A stretch of 64,000 bases of DNA from an uncultured Nitrospinota bacterium. Lineage in GTDB: Bacteria > Tectomicrobia > Entotheonellia > J063 > CAVPRW01. Made by a program: the position numbers and the translations under genes. The notes under the pieces were generated by a model. The model was not told the DNA's origin and did not search any database. It was given only the letters and a program-made list of their open reading frames with translations. Shown in pieces: positions 1 through 11,100 of this stretch. Numbering within the stretch: the first letter of the stretch is position 1; each line of letters begins with the position of its first letter. The DNA lies in assembly GCA_963707985.1 (NCBI GenBank), contig CAVPRW010000022.1, positions 96,001 through 160,000 on the forward strand, read 5' to 3'.

Positions 1-49
1 GGCCAGTGCGATGGAGGATGTCCAAGGCTTCGTCGATGGTTGTATCCAT
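1..49 (-). CDS. 5' end of a gene running off the window; N-terminus resembles questin oxidase-family proteins
   Basis: Reverse strand reads MDTTIDEALDILHRTG; GGGAG RBS upstream; preceded by a sigma70 promoter. Confidence 0.5.
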   Translation of the reverse strand, partial: MDTTIDEALDILHRTG

Positions 50-103
50 ATGAGTCTCCCTTCGTAATGTCGGGGGACGGCTCGTAAAGGGAATGTGGTT
101 GCA

Positions 104-132
104 AGTGTATGGGGATTTGGCAGGCCTGTCAA
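104..132 (-). promoter_or_regulatory. sigma70-type promoter TTGACA-N17-TACACT
   Basis: Near-consensus boxes with 17 bp spacer, upstream of the partial gene at 1..49. Confidence 0.6.
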
Positions 133-451
133 CGTTCCAGCAATACCCCTTGAGCCAGAGTGATGAACATCCCCGTAAGCGCAAGAGAACCCCACACCGG
201 GGCCAGATGTGGTAGAGGAAAGAACATCATCGAGCTCCGAGGCACATTTGGGGTCACACGCCACAAGTCGCCTCGCTTGTCTCATAGAGCTCTCGGGACT
301 ATACTGGTGCAAAAACCTTCCTTGGCGTGAAGCGACAAGCTATGTGGGTAGCCTCTTTTTACAAGGGGGAGAGTCTAAGGGTTCGTTCTTCCAGATCAAT
401 AGAGCCGCTTCCTCGACATGACCTCAGAGGAGACACATCGGGACCACTACC

Positions 452-1000
452 ATGGCCAAATGGAAAAGGAAGACGCTGAAGTTGAAGGATACACATGGCT
501 GGAGTGCTCGGCCTGGCTGCCGTATCTTTGTTGCCGATAAAGGGGCCGTGCGCTTTGATTTTCCTATGCATTGGATAATGGAACCGACAGCCGATTGCTT
601 TCAGTTCCACGACCGTCAGCCCCCCAATGATGACTGCCGGCTGGCGGTGTCTTATCAGCGCTTACCCGCGATCGACTGGAGCGATGCCCCACTGGCAGAC
701 ATGTTGCGTCAGGTCATTGAGCAAGATCCCCGGCGCTTGACGCCAAGTATGGACGTTGTCTCCATTCAGCGCCCCGACTTGCACCTGGTATGGATAGAAG
801 GCAACTTCATCGACCCTCAGGAGTTCCGCCAGGCGTATGGCCGTATGGCGATTGGCATTGGCGGTAATATCCAGGTGTTGCTCACGTTTGATTACTGGGC
901 AGACGATGCCGCGCGTTTCACACCAGTATGGGATGATGTCTTGCAATCCCTGCAGGTCGGAACATACATTCCGGACCCAACCCGCGGGCCAAGAGGGTAA
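452..1000 (+). CDS. Conserved hypothetical protein (possible PsbP/Mog1-like fold)
   Basis: 182 aa ORF with protein-like composition; GAGGAG upstream. Confidence 0.6.
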   Translation: MAKWKRKTLKLKDTHGWSARPGCRIFVADKGAVRFDFPMHWIMEPTADCFQFHDRQPPNDDCRLAVSYQRLPAIDWSDAPLADMLRQVIEQDPRRLTPSMDVVSIQRPDLHLVWIEGNFIDPQEFRQAYGRMAIGIGGNIQVLLTFDYWADDAARFTPVWDDVLQSLQVGTYIPDPTRGPRG

Positions 1001-1314
1001 ATGACCAATACTAGAATATTCTGTTTGCGTAACAGGTATAACCTGCGAAGCCTACCATGAATCGCGAGAAACGACAGAACCCATTTGGGGGAAGCGCTGG
1101 CGGAGGCGGGTACGATTATCAGGCCGAAGCCTACGCCTTGGTTGCCGCCAAGATTCTGGCCGAAGAGAGTTTGAATTGGCTAGAGACTGAGTGCGACCGC
1201 TTGTGATCGAAGGTGTCGAAGTCGGACGCTTGTCGGTGCAAGCGCTGCTTCCGTGATTACAGGGGCGAAGGACTCTGTGAGATAGATTCCATCCCGACAC
1301 AGGGGAATGACTCG

Positions 1315-2351
1315 ATGCCACAGCACACATTCAGCACGGCCACAGCTTCTGCTATGCGACCTCCACTACACCTGCGACCTCCCCGACACTTGCATCAGGG
1401 CAGGCCATCGAGCGCTGGCCGCTGAGCCCTGTCAGGTATCCGGACCCCGCTATTCAAGTGCTTGATTCACGTTTCGCGAAGTATCGACTGGGCAATGCCG
1501 CAGTCGAGCGTCTGGCCAGCGGTTTTCGCTGGGCTGAAGGTCCGGTGTGGTTCGGCGATGGTCGCTATCTGCTCTGGAGTGATATCCCGAACAACCGCAT
1601 CATGCGCTGGCTCGAAGAGACCGGTGAGGTCAGCGTCTTCCGCAGTCCATCACAGAACAGCAACGGCCACACCCGTGACAAGCAGGGACGCCTCGTGACC
1701 TGCGAGCACGACAGCCGCCGGGTGACGCGGACCGAGCACGACGGCAGCATTACGGTATTGATGGACCGCTTCCAGGGCAAACCGCTGAATGCCCCGAACG
1801 ACGTGGTCGTCAAGTCAGATGGATCGATCTGGTTCACCGATCCCGGCTACGGCATCATGTTCAACTATGAAGGGCACAAGGCTCCACTTGAACTGCCGGC
1901 CGTGGTTTATCGGCTTGACCCCACAACCCATGAGGCAACGGTGGTCGTGGGGGACATGTCCAAGCCGAATGGCCTGTGTTTCTCGCCCGACGAAGCACTG
2001 CTCTATGTCGTTGATAGTGGTTCGACGCCGCGAGTGATCCGCGTCTATGATGTGGTTGGGGGCACTCGCCTGGCACATGGTCGGCTGTTTGTTGACATGT
2101 CACCTGGCACATCTGATGGCATCCGCTGCGATGTCGACGGCAACCTCTGGGCCGCCGCTGGCAATGGCGGGGAGGGGTTCGACGGGGTGCATATCTTCGC
2201 ACCGAATGGCGACCGCATCGGTCAGATCCTACTGCCGGAGAAGTGCGCCAATATCTGTTTTGGAGGCGCCAAGCGCAATCGCTTGTTTATGGCTGCCAGC
2301 CAATCGATCTACGCCGTATATGTGGAAACGCAAGGGGCGCAGATCCCGTAG
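1315..2351 (+). CDS. SMP-30/gluconolactonase/LRE family protein; apparent frameshift near 1354
   Basis: WAEGPVW, PNDVVVKSDG and DGIRCDVDGNLW motifs. Frame of ORF 1458 stays open upstream (ERWPLSPVRYPDPAIQVLD), but the ATG with RBS at 1315 is out of frame. Confidence 0.85.
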
Positions 2352-2789
2352 CCGCCGTGGTTGGGGTACATCCCCGGTTCTTAGAGGGTCTCCGGAAACT
2401 TTTCAGCGGCAGCGTTATCGCAAAATTCACGCTGGGCGGACGGAGCGAGTTTGGGGAGCATGAGGAGCATAAGGTGAATGTTTTTGATTTTTTCGACCCA
2501 TCTCACCCTATCATCCGGCCACTCCCACCCCCTCACGATCCATTCACTAGCCTGAGCCTCCGTGATCATCGTCACTCTTTTCCCGCGGAACTCCCGAGAC
2601 CTTGCGGAACACCCCCACCCCTCCTCCCATGCCCAGGAGCGAGCCTACGTGACGTCGGGCTGCACGCGATCTGTTACAGGCGAGCATCTCCTCAACCATT
2701 GCGAACGGATTGCCCTCGACACCAGGTAAGACAAGGAGGTAGCTCTGTCAAGGTTAAGATGATTATTGGCAACCAGACCACCGTCATGT

Positions 2790-3026
2790 ATAGTCCCTGA
2801 CGATGGCGTCCACCTCGAAACCAATCCCAAAGAACAGGACGCCATATTCGAAGCATGGAAGTTGAAGGCGGGAGGTCATCCGCTGCGAGAGATTGGGAAC
2901 AAGTTGACTGGAAGCGGATACTTCCCGAGGCAAGGGAAGGCCTGGCAGCCCCAGACGGTCAAGCCTCTACTCAGCTCTGAGGCCTTAAGACCTCCAGAAG
3001 AAAGGTCATGCCCGGGGAAGAGCTGA
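2790..3026 (+). pseudogene. C-terminal remnant of a serine recombinase (Recombinase-type DNA-binding region)
   Basis: DGVHLETNPKEQDAI...LREIGNKL...PRQGKAWQPQTVK; no catalytic N-terminus. Confidence 0.6.
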
Positions 3027-3171
3027 AGGCCCACAAGAATGCCCGTCTCGCTACGTAGGAGATCCGTGGCTGAACGTAGAGAGGGTAAGGCAAGGGAATA
3101 GGTAAGGAAATGGGCCAAGTGTGACGGAGTAGGGCCCACAAAGTCGGATAGGACGTCAAGGACGGTGCAGA

Positions 3172-3585
3172 GTGACAGGAAGAGAGCTGAAGGGGATTAG
3201 AAGGCGTCTTGGATACACCCAGGAGGAGATGGCAGCTGCCATGGGGATCAGTCAGTCTCACTACGTGGTCTTGGAGCGTGGGAGACGGCGCATTACTGAT
3301 GACCTCGGAACGCGTGCGATGAGCGTTCGTCACGAGCCACCGGAGTGGCAATGGTACGATCAGGGGCACGATGTGGGACGTGACCTGGCTGGGGGAGTAC
3401 CACGAGGGTATGAGATACGCGTGAGGCCATCGGCTATTCGCCTGGCTGCGGAACAAGCGTTCCAGTATTGGATGAGCATCAAGAACGGGGGGCCGGTCGC
3501 GGAGGAGGCATGGGAAGCGTTCCGGAAGGGGTTTGAAGCGGGGTGGGAAGAGACGCAGGGGCGTAGGGCGAAGGTGGACGAATGA
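3172..3585 (+). CDS. XRE-family helix-turn-helix protein
   Basis: LKGIRRRLGYTQEEMAAAMGISQSHYVVLERGRR. Confidence 0.75.
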   Translation: MTGRELKGIRRRLGYTQEEMAAAMGISQSHYVVLERGRRRITDDLGTRAMSVRHEPPEWQWYDQGHDVGRDLAGGVPRGYEIRVRPSAIRLAAEQAFQYWMSIKNGGPVAEEAWEAFRKGFEAGWEETQGRRAKVDE

Positions 3586-3885
3586 GCATAGCTCACAGAG
3601 GCCCTGGGAGCGGATTCCAGGGGGTTGCCCGGGCTAGGCAGGGCCAACGACCTGAATCTCTTCCCGGCTACCACTCTTCCATCCACTACGGCCCGCCCTT
3701 ATGTGTCACGAACCGTACGTCAACCCACTCCCAACGACTCACTCACCTTCGATCGACCCCACCAAGACGCCTTCTGGAGAGAGATCTAGGTCGATTGGGC
3801 TCAAATGTTCCGGTGGGATGGCACGATCCCACGTCCGATTCAGCACCGGGTCAATGTGACTAAACCACGCCTTCCACTCAGGTCG

Positions 3886-4770
3886 TCAAACCACGCCACG
3901 GCATCCGTGAAACTCATCGGGGTCGCCTGCGACGACGATGAGGTCGGCGGTGAGATGGCTGAGGGCCAGCGTCGGCACGTAATAACTGCCGCGTTGGGCC
4001 ATCAGGCTGGCCGCTTCTTCATCCATGATGTAGCCGTGTTCGACCGAGGGCGCGCCCAGATGTATAGCCGTTTTGACGGCCTCGGGATTGGCAGCATGGG
4101 CCATCACCGGGTAACCGCGTTGCCGGCAGATGGTGAATGCCGCCTCCAGTTCCTCTGGAAGCAGAAAGGAGTGCCAATGCCGATCCCACGAGGGTCCCAT
4201 GACGCCACCGCTGAGATTCAGCTTGATGTGGTCGACGCCGTTCTGAATCTGCTCGCGAATGGCTTTGACAAAGCCGCTGGGACCGTCGCAGGCTTTGGCG
4301 AATTCGGAGGCGAGGGCATGCCCGGCAGTGGTGGTGAGGCAATAACCGCCGGCGAAGACGCGTGGACCGACCGGCTGCCAGGCATCAAATGCACGCTTCA
4401 TCCCGACATCGATGAAGTGAGGCACCCCTGCCGTACGGATGCCCACCACGCCAGCCTCCAGCAGACCCTGCCTGGCGTTGTACCCATACTGCACACCCTG
4501 TTCGGCCAGAGTCAGAGTAGGAAGGCGCGGCCATTCGAGATGGACATGTACATCCCAGAGGCCAGGCAGCAGGCAGGAGCCTTGCACGTCGATCACCTCG
4601 TCCCCTTCGCTGGCAGAAGAGTGATGACCGGGCAGCACTTGGACGATCCGCCCGTCCTCCACGATCACACTAGCACCGTGGATTGGGGTCGGATTGAGAC
4701 AATCGATCAGGTGGGCATTGGTGAGGACAAGCCTCGTCGGGAAATGGCCTCTCGCCGCATCATAGGTCAA
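3886..4770 (-). pseudogene. Metal-dependent amidohydrolase (prolidase-like), internally deleted near the C-terminus
   Basis: PGLWDVHVH, MAHA and SVEHG motifs; VPTLALSHLT joins directly to ADLIVVAGDP with the intervening block missing. Confidence 0.75.
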
Positions 4771-4864
4771 CGTCCATGGTTAAAAGGCCCCTGCCGCTGT
4801 GGTGAGCGTTTGACTCATGTTCAAGGCTTTAGAGGTTTTTTCGAACACTTCCAGAGTATCGCGC

Positions 4865-5275
4865 TCAGGTGTGCGTGCCTTCGATGACGAGTTGCGTCTG
4901 GATCACCACGGCGATCAGGCGTCCTTCCGTGGAAGTGATACGCGTCTGCCAGACCATGGTGCGCCGACCGCGGTGTAGCGGTAGACACTCCCCGATGATT
5001 GTCGTCCCGGCGGGCGCCGGTGCTAGAAAATTCGTCTTCGACTCGACCGTCGTCGTGTGAGCGCCATCCGGGAGGTTCAGCGTCGTGGCGCAGGCGCCGA
5101 GCGTGTCGGCAAACGACATCAGGGCGCCACCGTGCAAGATGCCCGCACGGTTGCAGACCTGGTCACGGACGAGCATTTCAGCCGTGACACGCTCCGGGGC
5201 AGCCGTGAGGAAGCGCATGCCGAGCCATTGCACATGCGGCACGTCGTATCGATCAGCAATTGAAAGCAAATCCAT
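4865..5275 (-). CDS. PaaI-family thioesterase (hotdog fold)
   Basis: NRAGILHGGALMSFADTLG, TTVESKTNFL. Confidence 0.9.
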   Translation of the reverse strand: MDLLSIADRYDVPHVQWLGMRFLTAAPERVTAEMLVRDQVCNRAGILHGGALMSFADTLGACATTLNLPDGAHTTTVESKTNFLAPAPAGTTIIGECLPLHRGRRTMVWQTRITSTEGRLIAVVIQTQLVIEGTHT

Positions 5276-5329
5276 GCAAAAGCTCCTTGCTGCAACAGGG
5301 AACGACAGCCATGCAGAATAGTACGTGGT

Positions 5330-6072
5330 GCGCCGCCAGAGCGACGTGCCCCTGAGCATACACTGGCACACGCGAAAACGCTAGCACTCTGGCACGCGGG
5401 ATCACACACAGGCAGCGACGCTCGCCGAGGCGTGGGTCCGGCACACCGATGATCGCTGCATGCAGGATCTTCGGATGCGTGTAGAGGATTTCTTCGATCT
5501 CGCGTGGGAAGAACTGCTGGCCACGACGATTGATTATCTCCTTTAAGCGCCCGACGATCTTCACATTGCCTACCGTGTCGAGCTGGCCCAGATCACCCGT
5601 ACGGAACCAACCGTCGACTGTGAACAGCTCGGCGTTCGCGGCTGGGTTCTTGTGGTAGCCAAGGTGCACGGAGGGACCTTCGGCCGCGATCTCGCCCTCG
5701 GCGTCAGGTTGGGACATCCTGTCCGTGCTCGTCGATGAGCCTGAACCCCATGCCTGGGGCAGGACGGCCGATGGTTCCAGCCACGGCTTCAGCATCGTCG
5801 GTCAAGGCAAACTCGATCCAGTTCGGGAGCTGGCTGGTGACCATGTCGCCCGGGCCGATTCCGAGGTGCTGGAACGCCGCCGCCACACGGTCAACGCCGG
5901 CACGAAGCTGCCCATAGGAAATGCGTTGACGTGGATCGATGATCGCCTCCCGGTCCGGGTGGGCCTCTGCCTGGCGCGCCAGGATCTGGTAGAACGTCTC
6001 GGTGCCCCAATGGGCGGAGCGGGTATAGCGTTCGATCAACTCCGGGGTGAGACGCGTGTCGAATACCGGCAT
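5330..6072 (-). pseudogene. AMP-binding acyl-CoA ligase remnant (large internal deletion plus frameshift)
   Basis: N-term ...QLPNWIEFA fused to LTDD...TIGRP; next frame has GEIAAEGP, WFRTGDLG, VGRLKEII, PDPRLGER; the AMP-binding P-loop is missing. Confidence 0.8.
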
Positions 6073-6167
6073 GACGCCCTCCTAGAGAGTAAGACATCGG
6101 CGGGGAAGTGCCCGCCGAGCGCTCACGAGGTCTCATGTTGACCATGACCTCGGAACGCTCCGGCGCT

Positions 6168-7346
6168 CTATGCGAGAGAGTTGATGTAGCTCGACGTCAC
6201 CATTACCCCTAAGGAAGCGCTCGACGGCCCGATAGGTGAGTTTACGAACACCACGAGCTCCATATCGTCCGGCAGATAGTAAGCGACACACTGCTCGGTT
6301 TGGCCGTTCGAAGACCACGATCCGTTCTTGTAGTACAATGGGCCCGCCGCCGTGCTGATGGCTTGATCGATGCCGAACTTGTTATCGAGCAGCGCCTGAG
6401 CCTTCACCACGGGCATGATCGTCCCCATTCGGCGGAAGGTGTGCATGACGTTCAGCACATCGTCGATCGACAGGTGCCACCCCGCACCGCCGCTCATCGA
6501 GGCTAAATGGCCTGAATTCCAACCTGTCTCTCCGTTGCTCGGAAAGCGGTAGGCGAGCGCTGCCTTCTCGGCGTGATCGAAGCTCGCGCCGCTCACCCCA
6601 GCCGGAGTGAAGACGTTGTCCTGCATGTACTGCCTGTATGCTTCAATCGTAACATAGTCCCACACATGGTCGGTAACCCCCGGAACCACGACGTTCTTGT
6701 CGATTTCGCCTGTGAGGACGGCCATGAGGATGCGACATAGGCCGAAGTTCATGTTTTCATAATGAGCGCTGCCGATGGTCTGGACGCCTTGCGCCACTTT
6801 GGATTTCATCAGCATGAAGTCCGAACTGGAAGTACCAGTCTGAAAACCTGACGTGTGATTCATGAGATGGCGGAAGGTTATAGCGTCGATATTCGGGCCC
6901 TTCTGCCAATACGTTGGCAGATAATCGATGATCTTGGCGTCATACGAAAGCCCCATGTCGTCCAAGAGCTTTACCATCCCGATGCCGGTCAGCATTTTGC
7001 TCACGCTCGCGATGTGCATTTGGGTATCCAGCGCCCACTCCCTTGACAGGTCGGCAGGCGTCTGGGACCAATGGCAAAGGTGCATGACGATCGGATTCCC
7101 ACCCTGCCTGAGCTGTAAGCCGTACCCCGTGACCATGTCTTCCAAGGCTTTACGAAGCATTTCGCCGAACTGCTCCACCTTGAGCTGAAGCTTGACCCGG
7201 GACGTTGGCGCAGACGGTGGCTCGGAAATGCTCAGCGGCAGCTCATCTATGCCATCGTATGCCTTGATGTCGAGGATGTTCGGTGGCCTCATTACATGGG
7301 CGCGCATCTCGTCCGTGACGGTGATTGTCGTGTGCGTCCTTTCCAT
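6168..7346 (-). CDS. Serine hydrolase, beta-lactamase/D-Ala carboxypeptidase-like family; no signal peptide
   Basis: SxxK (ASVSK), LMNHTSG, YxN (YENMN) and KNG motifs; AGGAG RBS. Confidence 0.85.
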   Translation of the reverse strand: MERTHTTITVTDEMRAHVMRPPNILDIKAYDGIDELPLSISEPPSAPTSRVKLQLKVEQFGEMLRKALEDMVTGYGLQLRQGGNPIVMHLCHWSQTPADLSREWALDTQMHIASVSKMLTGIGMVKLLDDMGLSYDAKIIDYLPTYWQKGPNIDAITFRHLMNHTSGFQTGTSSSDFMLMKSKVAQGVQTIGSAHYENMNFGLCRILMAVLTGEIDKNVVVPGVTDHVWDYVTIEAYRQYMQDNVFTPAGVSGASFDHAEKAALAYRFPSNGETGWNSGHLASMSGGAGWHLSIDDVLNVMHTFRRMGTIMPVVKAQALLDNKFGIDQAISTAAGPLYYKNGSWSSNGQTEQCVAYYLPDDMELVVFVNSPIGPSSASLGVMVTSSYINSLA

Positions 7347-7659
7347 GATTTTCTCCTTTCCTGTCCTGATGGGTCGCCAGGTCGATCACTATTGATGGGT
7401 CCGCAGTCCATCTTTGAACCGCGGACAGCCTGCTCCGGCAAAGGCTTCGTGTGCCTCCATCGGATCCTACGTACCACTGCCATTGAGGAGTCGCCCCCTC
7501 AAGCCATGTGCCGGTAGGCCGATACTGAACTACTTTCCGTGCGAGCTTGAGCTGTTCCTGCAGGGAGGCAAAGAAGCCTCTCCCGCCAAGCCTTCCTTCA
7601 CCCCTACGATCCGCCCTTCTTTGGACGAGCGACCGGTGGCTGCCAGTGCTCAACCAAGG

Positions 7660-7674
7660 GCAACCACTGTGCCA
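7660..7674 (-). promoter_or_regulatory. sigma54 (-24/-12) promoter
   Basis: Minus strand TGGCAC-AGTGG-TTGC, full consensus, pointing toward the serine hydrolase and divergent from a sigma54 activator gene. Confidence 0.7.
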
Positions 7675-7796
7675 GGGACCTATCGGCCTCCCAGCACAGC
7701 CCATAGTGGCAGCCATGTGGTTGTTTTTATGGCATCCCGTTGAGGTGAGACAGATAGCCTTGGGCTGGGACATCACGGCACGTGCCCTGATAATAC

Positions 7797-7852
7797 CCCC
7801 CACTTCTGGGGGCTATGGGTGGGGGTTACCCCTGCTTTACCCCATTTCTGGG
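7797..7852. promoter_or_regulatory. Paired palindromes, candidate upstream activator sequences
   Basis: CCCCC-ACTTCT-GGGGG (7797-7812) and CCCC-ATTTCT-GGG (7840-7852), centres 42 bp apart; repeated at 22782-22838. Confidence 0.6.
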
Positions 7853-7980
7853 CATGGTTCCAGGTGGGGACCAGCGCCTGGTCTGTGGCCCGCTTATCCC
7901 TGCGACGGGCCGACGAGGGTTGCCCGTGCGATGACATAGGTCGGGAGTGTGGCGTAAAGTCTGATGAGATATGATCACGC

Positions 7981-8009
7981 TTGCAACAGCGATCGCGACC
8001 ATCGATAAT
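7981..8009 (+). promoter_or_regulatory. Putative sigma70 promoter TTGCAA-N17-GATAAT of the activator gene
   Basis: 17 bp spacing, about 130 bp before ATG 8138. Confidence 0.4.
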
Positions 8010-8137
8010 GGCTCTGTTTTAGACATACATGCACCTTTGGAGTCGGCGGGTCAGCGCACGGCCCCCACCATGGCCCGTTCGGCTGCGCGTGATGCGAGTT
8101 GAAGTCCCGGAGCGCTGGTTGGCCACCGGGAGGAGGC

Positions 8138-11100
8138 ATGACCATGGCGCATTCCCATCCGAATCCTGTCGACCATCCGACTCACCGTTTGGTGGGCGAT
8201 GCCCCGGCCATGGCGGCGTTGCGCGCCCAGATTCGCCACCTCGCGCCCTTCGACACGCTTGGTAGCCCAGCGGTCCCCACCCTCATGCTCCAGGGCGAGA
8301 CTGGCACCGGTAAAGGCTTGGTAGCACGCGTCATCCACGACAGTGGGCCGCGGGCCGCGGGACCGTTTGTCGAGGTCAATTGTGCCGCTATCCCGGAGAG
8401 CATGCTGGAGGCGGAACTCTTTGGCTTTGAGGCAGGCGCCTTTACCGATGCCAAACGGGCCAAGCCGGGGTTGTTTGAGGCCGCGGTGGGGGGTACGTTA
8501 CTCTTAGACGAGGTGGATGCACTGCCCTTGGTGCTGCAAGGCAAGATCCTGACCGCCATTGAAACCAAGCGGGTGCGACGGCTCGGGGCGGTGACCGAAC
8601 GCGTCGTGGATATAAAGCTCATCGCCGCCACCAACGCGGTGTTGGAACAACGCATCGCAACCGGGCACTTCAGGGCCGACCTCTACCATCGCCTGGCGGT
8701 GGTTGTGCTGGCCTTACCGCCGCTGCGCGAACGTGGAGCAGATGTGCTGCTCCTGGCGAGACACCTGTTGCAACAGTATACCACCGCACATGGGGTTCCT
8801 CGCAAACGCCTCAGCGCCGAGGCCGAGGCATGGCTGCAGGACTATACCTGGCCAGGGAATGTGCGCGAGCTGATCCATGTGATGGAGCGTGTGACCTTGC
8901 TCCACATCGGAGAAGAAGTCGACGCCGGAACCCTGGCACAACTCGGCCATCCCCTGACGGCGTCCGTGGTCAAGGCCGAGGCAGCATTGGAACCTCAGAA
9001 GCCAGAACCGGTGAGCGCACTGCCAGCGGAGGCCGAGCAGATTCGTCAGGCCCTGGCCCAAACGGGGGGCAATGTGGTACGAGCGGCACAGTTATTGGGA
9101 CTCAGCCGAGATACGGTGCGCTATCGCATGCAGCGCTATGGCATTGCACGTGCTAACCCCAGTACCCCGCCCTCGCCCGCATCCTCAGTTGTAAGGGGCA
9201 CCAGGGTGCGGGCCTCACCTCCGCCGAGGCGAGTCTGGTCACCACTGCCAACGGGGGCCGTCACTTCTGATAGCTCGCAGGAGGAGACCAATACAGAGGG
9301 GTCTCCAGAGCCGCGAGCAGACGTGCGCGACACAGCGACCGACAAGGACCTCCGCGACACGATCCCGGCCTGGGAGCAGAAACCGATCGCCGTCCTGGCA
9401 CTCGAGGTCACGTGGCCGGAGGGATCAGGGCTGGAGCCCTGGCCGTATGACCCATGGACCGTGACGGCACGCTGGACACAAGCCCTGGTGGACAAAGTGC
9501 ACGGGTTTGGTGGCGCGCTTGTGCAGCGCACGGCTTCCTTGCTCATCTGGGTTTTTGGTGTGCCTCAGGCGCTGGAGCAATTGCCACAGCGAGCGGTACA
9601 CAGTGCCCTGGCGATCCGACAGATGGCGGTAGCACCCACCGCGGGGGATATGCCTCCGTACCCTGAGGTCCGGCTGGCGGTGCATCTGGGGGCAGTGCGG
9701 GTCGACAGCCAGGCGCCTGACCCCGTCGCGCATCTGCTGGCCGTGGGCGAGACTCTGGCGCTGCCGGTGCGCTTGTTGGGGCAGGCGGCGGCGGGGGAGA
9801 TCTTGGTATCGCCGGAGGTCGGACGATTGGTGGACGGCTGGGTGGCGTTGGAAGAGCGACCGTTGCACCTACGTCCTGGGGACCCCGCACGCTTGGGCGG
9901 CTATGCGGTGATGGGCGTACGCATAGCTCGCCCGCGGTCAACCACGGATCACCGGACGGCCCGCAGCCCATTTGTCGGCCGGCACCGGGAATTAGTGCTG
10001 CTAGACGCGGTTCTCGAACAGGTCAAGGCCGGCCGGGGCCAGGTCGTAGGACTGGTCGGCGCATTGGGCGTGGGGAAATCGCGCCTCCTCGACGAGTTTC
10101 GCCAGCGCCTGACAGGACAGCACGTCCGCTATGCGGAAGGGCACTGCCTCGCGTACGGGAGTGTGACACCGTATCTGCCCATCCTGGACCTGCTGCGCGA
10201 GCACTGCGGCATGGCCGTCGATGATGCGCCCGAGACGCTGATTGCCAAGTTGCGCACTAGCCTCCAGCAGGGGCAGCTAGATGCCGTCACGACCCTGCCC
10301 TATCTCGCCGACCTGCTGGGCCTCCCGGTAGACGGCAACCCCTTCACAAACCTCAGTGCAGAGGCCCGCAAGGCGCGGACCTTCGAGGCTGTGAGGTTGC
10401 TTTTCCTGACCAGCAGTCAGCACCAACCGCTCATCCTTGCCATCGACAACCTGCACTGGATCGATCCTACCTCAGAAGCCCTGCTAGCCTCGCTGGTGGA
10501 AGGGCTGGCAGGCGCTGCCGTTTTACTACTGGCGACCTTCCGTCCAGGCTATCTACCATTCTGGCTGGATAAGTCCTACGCCACCCAAATCGCTCTGCAA
10601 CCCTTAGGCATCGACGAGAGTTTGCAGGTGGTACGGAGCGTCTTACGCCATGCATCCCTCACCCAGGCTTTGGAACAACAACTTCTTGCCAAGGCAGAGG
10701 GCAACCCGTTCTTCCTGGAGGAGCTAGCCTACACGTTGCGCGAACAGGTCGGCGAGGTCTCAGTGCTGACGATCTCCGATAGCATCCAGGCGGTCATCGC
10801 CGCGCGCATCGACCGCTTGCCGTCTGATCAGCGGCGCCTCCTGCAGGCCGCATCGGTGATCGGCAAGAACGTTTCCGTCTCCCTCTTGCAGACGATCACC
10901 ACATTGCCGGAGGAAACGCTGAGCCGCGACATCGCGCACCTCCAAACGACAGAATTCCTCTCTGCTGTCGGAGGTCCGCCGGCCCCAACATACACCTTCA
11001 GGCACATTCTCATCCAGGAGACGGCCTATCAATCGCTATCTGCCAGCATCCGACGGCAGTATCATCAACGGATCGCCCAAGCGCTGGCCCGTCAGTTTCC

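Noticed and set aside
3805..4887. 360 aa plus-strand ORF
   Set aside because: Antisense shadow of the amidohydrolase; no recognisable motifs
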